A DNA stretch of 64,000 nt from NCBI GenBank assembly GCA_963842105.1, contig CAWJFH010000025.1, forward strand, positions 1,840 through 65,839, read 5' to 3'. The translations under genes and the position numbers were made by a program. This DNA comes from an uncultured Flavobacteriaceae bacterium (GTDB lineage: Bacteria > Bacteroidota > Bacteroidia > Flavobacteriales > Flavobacteriaceae). This document shows positions 49,796 through 59,902 of this stretch, piece by piece (positions within the stretch are counted from its first letter, which is position 1; every line of letters starts with the position of its first letter). The notes beneath the pieces are model-generated. The model did no database searches. It saw only the letters and a list, made by a program, of their open reading frames with translations, and had not been told where the DNA came from.

Positions 49796-51994
49796 TTATT
49801 TAGATGAGGTTGTTTCGTTGTTGTCCTTTATTTTAATATCTGTACCCAAACGCTGCAGGTAGGCGATAAGAGCAACAATTTCACGGTCTTTCATTTCTAT
49901 GAACTCTTCGCCATTTTCAGCCGCAAATTTTTTGTCGGCTTCATAACTCTCCGCAAAATCTGGATCAGCGTACAAGTTTTTTTCAATGGTTGTGGCTTGG
50001 GCCCTCATGTTTGCCTCAGCATTGTCTATATCCTCTTCGGAATAAGGGACGCCTAAGGAGACCATAGCTTTCATTTTCCCTTGAATATTACCTCTGTCAT
50101 GCTCATTACGTACCATCCATTTATAAGAGGGCATGATGGAACCTGAGGAGGTACTTTGTGGGTCGTACATATGGTTCAAGTGCCAGTTGTCCGAATATTT
50201 TCCACCCACCCTTAATAAATCGGGTCCGGTACGTTTACTACCCCAAAGGAAGGGGTGGTCGTAGACAAACTCACCAGCTTTGGCATATTCTCCGTAACGC
50301 TCAACTTCACTACGGAAAGGTCGTATCATTTGCGAATGGCAACCCACACAGCCTTCACGAATATACAGGTCACGACCTTCCAGTTCTAGTGGTGTGTACG
50401 GTTTCACACTCGTAATCGTGGGGATGTTGGATTTTACCAAAATGGTAGGTACAATTTGAATGACACCACCAATAAGAATCGCAACCGTAGCCAAAATGGT
50501 TAATTGAACCGGTTTACGCTCCAACCAAGTGTGGAAGGTTTCACCAGAAGTTCTTTTTTTAGAAACATGGCTCAGTGCAGCAGCTTCGGCCAGCTCATCG
50601 GTGATTGCACTACCTTGTTTAATAGTGGCTACTATATTGTAAATCATAACACAGGCACCTACAATATAAAGGCTACCGCCAATGGCACGCATCCAATACA
50701 TAGGCATGATTTCGTTTACGGTCTCTAAAAAGTTACCATAAGCTAGGGTGCCATCAGGATTAAATTCTTTCCACATCAACGCTTGGGTAAACCCTGCAAC
50801 GTACATGGGTAAGGTGTATAGAATGATACCCAAGGTACCGATCCAAAAGTGAAAATTCGCCAAACCTTTAGAGAATAAAGTGGTTTTGGTCATTTTTGGA
50901 ACCAACCAATAAATCATACCAAAGGTTAGGAATCCGTTCCAGGCCAAGGCCCCTACATGTACGTGAGCAATGATCCAGTCACTAAAGTGTGCTATGGCAT
51001 TTACGTTCTTTAAGGAAAGTAACGGACCTTCAAAAGTGGCCATACCGTAGCCGGTGATAGCGACCACCATAAATTTTAGAACGGGGTCGGTTCGTACCTT
51101 ATCCCAAGCCCCTCTTAAAGTTAAGAGTCCGTTAATCATACCACCCCAGGATGGCGCAATCAACATGACGGAAAAAGCTACTCCTAGATTCTGTGCCCAA
51201 TCTGGTAAAGCGGAATATAATAGGTGGTGAGGTCCTGCCCAGATGTAAATAAAAATCAAGGACCAAAAGTGAACGATAGATAGTTTATAGGAGTAAATGG
51301 GCCTATTAGCGGCCTTTGGTACAAAGTAATACATCAATCCTAAAAAAGGAGTGGTCAAAAAGAAAGCCACGGCATTGTGTCCGTACCACCACTGTACCAA
51401 AGCATCTTGAACCCCTGCGTAAACGGAATAACTTTTTAAAGCACTCACTGGCAGTTCAAGACTATTGAAGATATGGAGAACGGCTACCGTAACAAAGGTG
51501 GCTAGGTAGAACCAAATGGCCACATACATATGCCGTTGTCTCCTTTTGATGATAGTACCAATTAGGTTTACGCCAAATCCGACCCAAACCAAAGCGATGG
51601 CAATGTCAATAGGCCATTCCAATTCTGCATATTCTTTAGAACTGGTATACCCTAAAGGAAGCGTGATGGCGGCGGCAACAATAATCGCCTGCCAACCCCA
51701 GAAATTGAAATTGCTCAGAAAATCGCTGAACATACGGGCTTTTAGTAATCGCTGACTAGAATAGTAGACCCCGGCAAAAATAGCGTTCCCAACAAATGCG
51801 AAGATGACCGCGTTGGTGTGTAGTGGTCGTAATCGGCCAAAGCTCAACCAAGAGATACCATCAGTAACGTTGGGAAAAAGGAACATAAAGGCTAAAAGTA
51901 GCCCGACGGACATACCTACGATACCCCACAACATAGTGGCGTAGAGGAACTTTTTTACAATTTTGTTGTCATAATAAAACTGCTGTACTTCCAT
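49796..51994 (-). CDS. ccoN: cbb3-type oxidase fused subunits I/II (CcoNO)
   Basis: RLRPLHT, WWYGHN, GPHH, HVH, then CVGCHSQMIRP and SKRTGPDL. Confidence 0.96.
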   Translation of the reverse strand: MEVQQFYYDNKIVKKFLYATMLWGIVGMSVGLLLAFMFLFPNVTDGISWLSFGRLRPLHTNAVIFAFVGNAIFAGVYYSSQRLLKARMFSDFLSNFNFWGWQAIIVAAAITLPLGYTSSKEYAELEWPIDIAIALVWVGFGVNLIGTIIKRRQRHMYVAIWFYLATFVTVAVLHIFNSLELPVSALKSYSVYAGVQDALVQWWYGHNAVAFFLTTPFLGLMYYFVPKAANRPIYSYKLSIVHFWSLIFIYIWAGPHHLLYSALPDWAQNLGVAFSVMLIAPSWGGMINGLLTLRGAWDKVRTDPVLKFMVVAITGYGMATFEGPLLSLKNVNAIAHFSDWIIAHVHVGALAWNGFLTFGMIYWLVPKMTKTTLFSKGLANFHFWIGTLGIILYTLPMYVAGFTQALMWKEFNPDGTLAYGNFLETVNEIMPMYWMRAIGGSLYIVGACVMIYNIVATIKQGSAITDELAEAAALSHVSKKRTSGETFHTWLERKPVQLTILATVAILIGGVIQIVPTILVKSNIPTITSVKPYTPLELEGRDLYIREGCVGCHSQMIRPFRSEVERYGEYAKAGEFVYDHPFLWGSKRTGPDLLRVGGKYSDNWHLNHMYDPQSTSSGSIMPSYKWMVRNEHDRGNIQGKMKAMVSLGVPYSEEDIDNAEANMRAQATTIEKNLYADPDFAESYEADKKFAAENGEEFIEMKDREIVALIAYLQRLGTDIKIKDNNETTSSK

Positions 51995-52003
51995 AAAGAG
52001 TAA

Positions 52004-52201
52004 TTATTTAGTTGGATTTTCTTGTGGTTCAATGGTGGATGAGGTCGGTTTTGCCTTTACCAATTCATCTTCAAAAAGCATACGAACAGATGGGGTATAG
52101 GAATCATCATACTGACCATTTTTTACCGAGATAATAAACGCGATAAAAAAAAGGACCGCTACCGTGATACTTATGGCCAATAAAATGTAGATAACACCCA
52201 T
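52004..52201 (-). CDS. ccoS: cbb3 oxidase maturation protein
   Basis: TM then SVKNGQYDDSYTPSVRML. Confidence 0.92.
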   Translation of the reverse strand: MGVIYILLAISITVAVLFFIAFIISVKNGQYDDSYTPSVRMLFEDELVKAKPTSSTIEPQENPTK

Positions 52202-52250
52202 GTCTATTTAAATTATGGGGTAAAACTACAAGCCATGGGTGCCTTATAAT

Positions 52251-52264
52251 ATGACAATTGTCAT
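52251..52264. promoter_or_regulatory. Box A operator ATGACAATTGTCAT
   Basis: 22 nt from minus-strand -7 TAGTTTTA (52228-52221) of ccoS-NOQP. Confidence 0.8.
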
Positions 52265-52689
52265 ACTTTGGAATTTTCTTGGAAAAGCGTGAATAGGCCG
52301 GCGAAAATGATTATGTTTTTAAGGATGAATTGTCCTAATAATGTGGGGATTATTGGCGGAAGTGTAAAGGATTCATAAGGGAGTATGAGAAAAGGGGAAA
52401 ACGTAAAAAATAGATGTACGATGGCTATTTTTAAAGTACCTTTTTTATAAAGCCCCAATATTAAAAACAGACCTATGATTACCTTTAATATGGCCAAAAG
52501 AACTATTGAAATAGAGGAGGGGATAAGACCAAGAGTGAGTACATCAATGGTTCTTTTGGCAAGCTCTTCCGCCGGACTCATCTCCTGAAAGAATTTTAAT
52601 GCTCCAAACCATAATTACACAATGACTATGGAGATGGGTAGTAGATTTTTTTGGACGTATTTGGTGAGTTGGTCAGGCTTTAAGTTCAT
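52261..52689 (-). pseudogene. DoxX-family membrane protein with in-frame TAA at 52617-52615
   Basis: Manual: MNLKPDQLTKYVQKNLLPISIVIV*LWFGALKFFQEMSPAEELA...GQFILKN. Confidence 0.7.
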
Positions 52690-52694
52690 GGATT

Positions 52695-55091
52695 TTATTC
52701 AAGTTTCCTGCCGATTAAATTGGTCATTACGGTGGTAAAGGTGACAATACTTATGGAACTCAACGGCATTAGGATTGCGGCAATTACTGGCTCTAATTGC
52801 CCTGTAACGGCAAAATAAAGTCCTACAATATTGTAGAGCAGGGAAAGGATAAAACTTAATTTGATTATTCCCATTGCCTTTTTAGAGGCTTGGATATAGG
52901 TGTTGAGCTGAGGGAATTTAGAAGCATCCAAGATGGCATCACAGGCAGGGGAAAAGACATTTACATTTTCTGATATGGCGATACCCACATCACTTTGTGC
53001 CAATGCCCCCGCATCGTTTAGACCATCACCAACCATTAGAACCTTTTTGTTCTGGTCTTGTAGGGATTTTATAAATTCTAATTTGGTTTCCGGTTTTTGG
53101 TTAAAATAGAGCGGGGTCATTTTGGGTAAAAGGGATTCCAAACAAGCCCTTTCTCCCTCATTATCGCCAGATAAAATAGCAAGGTCTAAAGTTGCGGCCA
53201 TATCTTTAAAAAGAGGAGTGAGACCTTCTCGGTATTCGTTATGAAAAATATATCGTCCTTTATAATGGTCATTACTACTGATATGCACAGCAGTGTCTTC
53301 AATGGTATGCATCGCACTTTTACCTACAAAGTCTGCCGAACCTATCTTCATCCGTAAGTTATTTTTGGTCCCTTCTAAACCTTTGCCAATATATTCCTCA
53401 TAATCATCCAGGGTTTCAATTTGCTGCTCTCTTAGCAGCGCATAAAGTGTTCTGCTTAAAGGATGGTTAGACGCGCGTATGGTATTTTTCAATAACGATT
53501 CTTCGGCATGGTTAAGGGCATTCCCTCATAATAGACTGTGCTTTTTTGAGAAGTGGTAATCGTACCGGTTTTGTCAAAAATGGCTGTATCTATTTTTGCC
53601 AGTCTTTCTAAGGTCTGGGTATTTTTTACGTAGAATTTGTTCTTTCCTAGGATACGTAACATATTACCTAAGGTAAATGGTGCTGCTAGAGCAATAGCAC
53701 ATGGGCAGGCAATGATGAGGACGGCCGTAAAAACATTTAAGGCTTTAGAGGCATCCCTAAATAGCCAAAAAGTGGTACTTAGTATTGCAATCGATAGTAC
53801 GGCAATGGTGAATCGTTTACCAATGCTATCCGTCAGGTTTTGAAAGGAAGTGGCCTTATCATTTTGAAATATGGAATTGCTCCATAGTTGGGTAAGGTAA
53901 CTTTGCGAAATCGATTTTACGACTTCCATTTCTATAGCTCCCTGTAATTGTCTTCCGCCGGCAAAAAGCATATCTCCCGATGATTTTTTCACGGCTTCTG
54001 ATTCTCCGGAAACAAAACTATAATCAATACGAGCGTTACCACTTATTAAAACGCCATCTACAGGAATCATTTCCTCATTTCGAATTAATAATCGGTCGCC
54101 TTTTACAATATCGTGAACAGGTACATTTTCTTCTTCGCCTTTTGAGTTTATCCGGGTAATCGCAATAGGAAAATAGGATTTGTAATCTCGTTCAAAAGAG
54201 AGAAAAGAATAGGTTTTCTGTTGAAAAAATTTACCCAATAATAAAAAGAAGACCAGCCCGGTCAGGGAGTCGAAAAAACCACTTCCAGTATTGGTCATCA
54301 CTTCAAAGGAACTACGTAAAAATAAGTACCAATATTCCTAAGGCTATCGGTACATCAATATTCAATAATTTGGACCGTAGGCCTTTGAATGCTGATACAA
54401 AGTAATCCCAACCCGCATAGAAAACCACTGGAAGCGAAAATAAAAACATTAACCAACGAAATACATCTTGGTATTGGTTCAACCAAAACTCACCTCCGTT
54501 CTCTGCGCTTGAATTCAAATCAAAATATTCAGGGAAGGAAAGGAACATCACATTACCAAAAGCAAAACCGGCTACGCCCAATTTATAGATCAAGCTTCTA
54601 TCCGTATTTTTCTTTTTAGCATCAAAATCATCTAAGGAGATGTAGGGTTCATATCCAATTCTAGCTAGTAACAGTACAAGCTCCCTTAAACAAATCTTCT
54701 CTTGAAGAAATGTTACCCGAATCGTTTTTTTAGGAAAATCCACTTGAGAACCGGTAATATTCGGGTTTAATTTATTCAGGTTTTCTAAAATCCAAATACA
54801 GGAACTGCAGTGGATATGCGGAATATACAAATTGACAACCGCTATTTTTCCATCTTGAAATTCTGTCAGTCTTTCAACAATAGCTGCATTATCGAGAAAA
54901 TCATACTTTCCTTCAATTGCCTTAGGAGTGGCCCCAGCAGCCGATTGCAAATCATAATAATAGGATAAATCGTTACTCGAAAAAATATCAAAGACAGTTT
55001 TGCAACCATGACAGCAAAATAACTTTTCATCATAGACTATTGGATTTTTACCACAAGCATCTCCGCAATGGTAACAGTGTTGACCTTCCAT
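52695..55091 (-). CDS. ccoI: Copper P1B-type ATPase CcoI/FixI, two frameshifts (near 54325 and 53510)
   Basis: CYHC, CCHGC, HCSSC, CPCA, DKTGT, HPL, GDGLND across three ORFs; start MEGQHC. Confidence 0.88.
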
Positions 55092-55144
55092 ATTATACAA
55101 ACTTATACCTGCTACAAAGATCAGTGGCCTACTGTGGAAAAAAC

Positions 55145-55158
55145 ATGACAATTGTCAG
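55145..55158. promoter_or_regulatory. Bidirectional box A operator ATGACAATTGTCAG
   Basis: 22 nt from GATCTTTG (minus, 55122-55115) and 22 nt from TATCTTTG (plus, 55181-55188). Confidence 0.8.
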
Positions 55159-55214
55159 TTTTTGTTTAATCTTTGATTAATATCTTTGAGGTATCAGGTA
55201 TAAATTAGAGGGTC

Positions 55215-55904
55215 ATGGAGAGTAGATGTGAAAGTTGTATCATAAGACAGTTTAATTCGCTACGCGCACTCAGTAAGGAAGAATTAAAAAAGGTTTCCGA
55301 TTCAAAGATTTCAATGAAAATCACCAAAGGAGAAGCGCTTTTTCAAGAAGGGCAGAAGCTCGACGGAGTGTACTGTGTTCGGGAAGGAGTCTCTAAATTG
55401 GCCAAATTGAGTACCAATGGAAAAGACCAAATTGTTAAACTGGCCAGTAAGGGTGAGGTCATGGGGCAACGTTCTGTGATTTCAGAAGAATTCACCAATT
55501 TAAGTGCCATTGCCATAAGCGACATGGAGGTTTGTTTTATTCCAAAAGAGATAATTTCTAACACGCTAAACTCCAATCCAAATTTTGCCTTGGAAGTTTT
55601 ACGACATATGGCCCACGATTTAAAAGAGGCCGACGATGTCATCGTAAACATGTCTCAAAAAACGGTGAAACAACGCCTTGCCGAAGCGTTTCTATATCTT
55701 AAAAAGAACTTTGGAGTCGATAAGGACGGATTTTTGTTGTTGACCTTAAGTAGAGAAGATTATGCAAATGTGGTAGGTACTGCTACAGAATCGTGTATCA
55801 GGCTTATTTCAGAATTCAAGAAAAAGGGATTTATCAAAACTTCGGGTAAGAAAATAGGAATTAAAGAGGAACGAAAACTACAGGACTTAGTAGAAGGTTT
55901 TTAG
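55215..55904 (+). CDS. FNR-like Crp/Fnr regulator
   Basis: N-terminal CESC, EVCFIP, HTH SREDYANVVGTATESCIRLIS. Confidence 0.9.
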   Translation: MESRCESCIIRQFNSLRALSKEELKKVSDSKISMKITKGEALFQEGQKLDGVYCVREGVSKLAKLSTNGKDQIVKLASKGEVMGQRSVISEEFTNLSAIAISDMEVCFIPKEIISNTLNSNPNFALEVLRHMAHDLKEADDVIVNMSQKTVKQRLAEAFLYLKKNFGVDKDGFLLLTLSREDYANVVGTATESCIRLISEFKKKGFIKTSGKKIGIKEERKLQDLVEGF

Positions 55905-55923
55905 AAATTCAAGGTATCAATAC

Positions 55924-55937
55924 CTGATAAATGTCAT
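55924..55937. promoter_or_regulatory. Box A operator CTGATAAATGTCAT
   Basis: 22 nt from plus-strand -7 TAATTTTA (55960-55967). Confidence 0.78.
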
Positions 55938-55992
55938 AGTTTCCATTGTGCTCCAGAGCTAATTTTATCTGATAAATATCCAAAATGTTTAT

Positions 55993-56898
55993 ATGAAGCA
56001 TATACTGGTTCCAACAGATTTTTCAAAAAATGCCTGGATTGCTACCCAGTATGCCTTATCGCTTTTTAGGGATACAGAATGTGTAATTTATTTTTTGAAT
56101 ACCTATACCCCAGCTATTCTTACTAGTCGGTTTATGTCAGACCCCTTGACCACCATCGAAGCTGGAAACACAACAGGATCCTCTTCTAAAAATGGGCTAT
56201 CAAAAATCATAAGACAAGTGAAAAAGGAGTTTCTATCTCCCCATCACACCTATAAAATGATATCCTCTTTTTCATTATTAATTGATGAGGTCAAGGAGGC
56301 TGTTGATGTTTTTCACATAGACTATATGGTAATAGGCGCAAAAGGAGCGACCGATGCTGAAGAGGTTTTTATGGGAAGTACTACCGTAAAAATTTTAAAA
56401 ACAGGATTAAGTTGCCCTATCATGGTTATTCCATCGGAATTCAAATTCAAGCTTCACAAAAAACTAGTCCCTTTTAGCGAATTTTAATTGGTTCCATAGT
56501 CCACAGCAACTTTTACCAGTGATTGAAATGGTAAATAGGTTTAAATCCGAAATTGAGATTGTTAATTTTGACATAGAACCCTCCGTGATGACTGCCGTAC
56601 AGCATTTCAATTTTGAAGATGCTCAAAAAGAATTTATCCAGTGTACCGCATACTTTTCATTGGATTGAGGGTAAAAACGATATTTCTCAAGAATTTAGAA
56701 ACGTTTAGGACAGCCATGGACATCCAAATTTTGGTGATGACGTATTCCCATTACAGTGTACTGGAGCAGCTTACCCGTGACATTGTAATTAAGAAAATTG
56801 ATTTCAATTGCAAGGTGCCTATATTGGTGATTCCAGAAATGGGTACTGATACTTCTAAACAAGTACTTTCCAGAAATACCTTAAGTTTCAGGGATTAA
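55993..56898 (+). CDS. Universal stress protein, frameshifted (possible pseudogene)
   Basis: ILVPTDFS, GAKGATDAEEVFMGSTT; C-terminal KVPILVIP in ORF 56641-56898. Confidence 0.75.
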
Positions 56899-57030
56899 AA
56901 TTCGATTTTCTAATAGTTTGAAGATCATCAAAATTGTTGGGCTTTACTTCCTTCGAAATATAGTCAAGGTCCATTTTTTATAAATATCTTTAGGGCCATT
57001 GAAACCTTATAATCAAATAATCCAATCAAA

Positions 57031-57711
57031 GTGAGCGCAGTAGAAGAAAAAAAAGTAGCGGCATTGGAAGCCGTAAAGTACGTTAAAGAGGGTATGAATG
57101 TGGGTCTTGGAACCGGTTCAACGGCCTTTTTTATGATTGAAGCCATTGGAGATTTAGTAAAGCAAGGTCTTTCCATTAAGGCCGTAGCAACTTCTATTGA
57201 AACGGAAAAGCACGCTAAGAAACTAGGTATTCCAGTGATTACCCTAGCAGAAGCAAAACATTTAGATGTCACTATTGATGGTGCCGATGAAGTGGATGAC
57301 CATTTTCAATTGATTAAAGGAGGTGGGGGAGCCTTGTTAAGGGAAAAAATTGTAGCGCATAATTCTTCACTTAATATTATTATTACGGATTCCTCTAAAA
57401 AAGTATCCAAATTGGGGAAATTTAAACTTCCATTAGAGACCATTCCGTTCGCGACACAATTGATTATTGCGGAATTAACAAAGATGGGACTGTCCCCAAA
57501 ACAACGCATGTCCGGCAACGATTTCTATAAAACCGATGAGCAAAATGATATTGTGGATGTCGATATCTGGGAACAGGATAATCTTATTGATTTGGAAAAT
57601 AGCTTGTTACATATTCCGGGTATCGTTGAAACCGGACTATTCTTGACGACCACCAATATTGTCATCATAGGAAAGGAAAATGAGGTAGAGGTTTTGAAAA
57701 AGGAAGCATAA
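57031..57711 (+). CDS. rpiA: Ribose-5-phosphate isomerase A
   Basis: GLGTGST, DGADEVD, KGGGGALLREK. Confidence 0.96.
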   Translation: MSAVEEKKVAALEAVKYVKEGMNVGLGTGSTAFFMIEAIGDLVKQGLSIKAVATSIETEKHAKKLGIPVITLAEAKHLDVTIDGADEVDDHFQLIKGGGGALLREKIVAHNSSLNIIITDSSKKVSKLGKFKLPLETIPFATQLIIAELTKMGLSPKQRMSGNDFYKTDEQNDIVDVDIWEQDNLIDLENSLLHIPGIVETGLFLTTTNIVIIGKENEVEVLKKEA

Positions 57712-57757
57712 TAGAATTGGTTTAAGCGCTGTGAAATAGGATTTTAAGGTACATAAT

Positions 57758-58447
57758 ATGCAAGAAGAACGACATTACGGTAATAGAAGTGGCTGGTTAC
57801 GAGCGGCAGTTTTAGGGGCTAATGATGGCATACTTTCTACTGCAAGTATCATTATTGGAGTTGCTGCGGCTAGTTCTACGCGTGAGCCTATAGTGCTGGC
57901 CGGTGTAGCAGGTTTGGTGGCGGGTGCGCTCTCCATGGCGGCTGGAGAATATGTATCCGTTAGTTCTCAGTCAGATATAGAAACAGCTGATTTAGATCGC
58001 GAACGGTTGGAACTGGAGACCATGCCAGAGGAAGAACTACTGGAACTCGCACAAATCTACCAAGAGCGAGGATTGGATAAGGAATTATCGTTAGAGGTCG
58101 CAAAACAACTTACGGAACATGATGCACTTCTTGCTCATGCCCGTGATGAGTTGGGTTTAAATGATATTACCCAGGCAAGACCGTTGCAAGCGGCACTATC
58201 TTCTGGGGCATCCTTCGTTTTTGGAGGTACGTTACCAGTAATTGTCGCGTATTTGGGTCCTATAAATGGGATGGAATATGTTCAATATGGTTTTGCAGTT
58301 GTTTTCTTGATGGTGTTAGGAGCGGTAGCCGCAAGGGCAGGGCGTTCCAATATGTTGAAAGCTGTGATTAGAATCAGTTTTTGGGGTACCATCGCCATGG
58401 TGATAACCGCACTTATTGGCCATCTGTTTGGAACACAGGTCATCTAA
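57758..58447 (+). CDS. VIT1/CCC1 family Fe/Mn transporter
   Basis: LRAAVLGANDG, SMAAGEYVSVSSQ. Confidence 0.92.
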   Translation: MQEERHYGNRSGWLRAAVLGANDGILSTASIIIGVAAASSTREPIVLAGVAGLVAGALSMAAGEYVSVSSQSDIETADLDRERLELETMPEEELLELAQIYQERGLDKELSLEVAKQLTEHDALLAHARDELGLNDITQARPLQAALSSGASFVFGGTLPVIVAYLGPINGMEYVQYGFAVVFLMVLGAVAARAGRSNMLKAVIRISFWGTIAMVITALIGHLFGTQVI

Positions 58448-58481
58448 AATATCGAGGGCCGAACGGAATAATGTTCAATCC

Positions 58482-59426
58482 TTATTTTCCGATGGAAGAT
58501 TTTGGAGGCGATATTTTTTCAAAATCCTGAATTTTTTTTCTACCTAAAACGGAATTGGTCAGGAATTCATTGATTAAATCGGGGAATTCATAGCCTAGCG
58601 AAGCCCATTCATGTCCGCCAGTGACATTGTAATACACTTGATAAACTCCGTTCAGTGCTTTCAACCGATTTATGATGGTTCTAGGTCCGTCAAGTTTTAA
58701 ATATCCAATGTCTTGCGGCTTACAATTATGGTGGGCCCCGGTACTATAGGGGATAATTTTATCTGCTTTGCCGTGAATGAATAGGGATGGTATTTTTGTA
58801 TCTGAGCGGATAGCATCCGCATCTAGAACCGCTCCGGAAATACTGACGACACCTTTAATTTTTGCATCGGGGAAAGGAACATCTTTAAATCGATAATCCT
58901 GTTCCATCCATACATAATTCAATATCGTTTCGGCACCAGCACTGCTTCCCACTAGGATAATACGGTTGGAATCAACTTTAAAATTTTCAGGAAAATTGAT
59001 AAGGTAGTGGATGGCTTTGGAAAGGTCTGCAATGGCCTCGCGGTAAACATTTATCTTAAGCGAGGTATCATAAGAACAGCCAAAGGATTTTCCTTTTAAG
59101 GGCAATCGATAATCTATGGAGGCCACATTGTACCCTCTTTTTGCAAAATAGGTAGATAAGCCTTTTTCATCACCACCATTTCGTTGGCCAACGCTAAAGC
59201 CACCGCCATGCATTAAAATGAGGGTTGGTTTTTTGGAAACCGTATCCGTTTCCACATCATAGAAATCCATCTGCAGCGTATCTGCATAAGTGTAAGTTCT
59301 AGTTCTTACCTCTTGGTAGACTTCATCCAAATACCTAGACTGCGAACTACTTGATAGTACGTTAAAAAACGTAATAATGAAGAATATAAGTTTTAAACTC
59401 TTGAAATTCAATTTTTTAGGAATCAT
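58482..59426 (-). CDS. Exported alpha/beta hydrolase (carboxylesterase-like)
   Basis: HGGGF, GSSAG, HGKAD, GGH; signal-like N-terminus from ATG 59426. Confidence 0.85.
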   Translation of the reverse strand: MIPKKLNFKSLKLIFFIITFFNVLSSSSQSRYLDEVYQEVRTRTYTYADTLQMDFYDVETDTVSKKPTLILMHGGGFSVGQRNGGDEKGLSTYFAKRGYNVASIDYRLPLKGKSFGCSYDTSLKINVYREAIADLSKAIHYLINFPENFKVDSNRIILVGSSAGAETILNYVWMEQDYRFKDVPFPDAKIKGVVSISGAVLDADAIRSDTKIPSLFIHGKADKIIPYSTGAHHNCKPQDIGYLKLDGPRTIINRLKALNGVYQVYYNVTGGHEWASLGYEFPDLINEFLTNSVLGRKKIQDFEKISPPKSSIGK

Positions 59427-59436
59427 AGTTAAATAA

Positions 59437-59550
59437 TCAATGCAAATGACCCGCATAAACAATCGCCAAAGCGGAGACATAAAGACAGGAAGAACCAATA
59501 TCATTTCCACAAATGGTGGTTGCTTCTAACTGGTTTAATTTTTTACCCAT
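59437..59550 (-). pseudogene. 5' remnant of an APC-family amino acid permease
   Basis: Manual translation MGKKLNQLEATTICGNDIGSSCLYVSALAIVYAGHLH*; upstream -7 TATCTTTG at 59579-59572. Confidence 0.65.
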
Positions 59551-59902
59551 GCTCACTGAAAATTCTTGGGTCAAAGATAGTTTTTTGAGAAGCCAAATGT
59601 TCATTTAAGGGGTTATTTAGCACCGTTTTAGGAATTGGGATAATAAATTTTTGGAATGAAGTATACCTCAAAAGTTCCTCAATCGAAGTATTGTTAAAAT
59701 AAAGCGGTTTATGGGAAATTATTTTACGAAAGGCTTTTCGATGCTATACTGCGTGCTCATATCTTTAGAATTGTAACATAAATGCTATTTTACCCTATAG
59801 TTGTAGGCCACATTATTTTAAATAGCGGTGCAGATAAAGTATCTTTGAGAAGATTTAAGTAGTTTTAAAACAAACACGAACCTAAAAACAAACTGATACT
59901 TC

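Noticed and set aside
49796-51994. CcoN-CcoO fusion and monoheme CcoP as novelty
   Set aside because: Established arrangement in Bacteroidota cbb3 clusters
52615-52617. Selenocysteine or pyrrolysine recoding in the DoxX gene
   Set aside because: The codon is TAA at a Tyr-like position, not TGA or TAG
55092-55151. Longer starts from the ORF track (ccoI 55151; likewise hemN 43267 and dioxygenase 31081)
   Set aside because: These extensions overlap the predicted operator or -7 elements; downstream ATGs fit better
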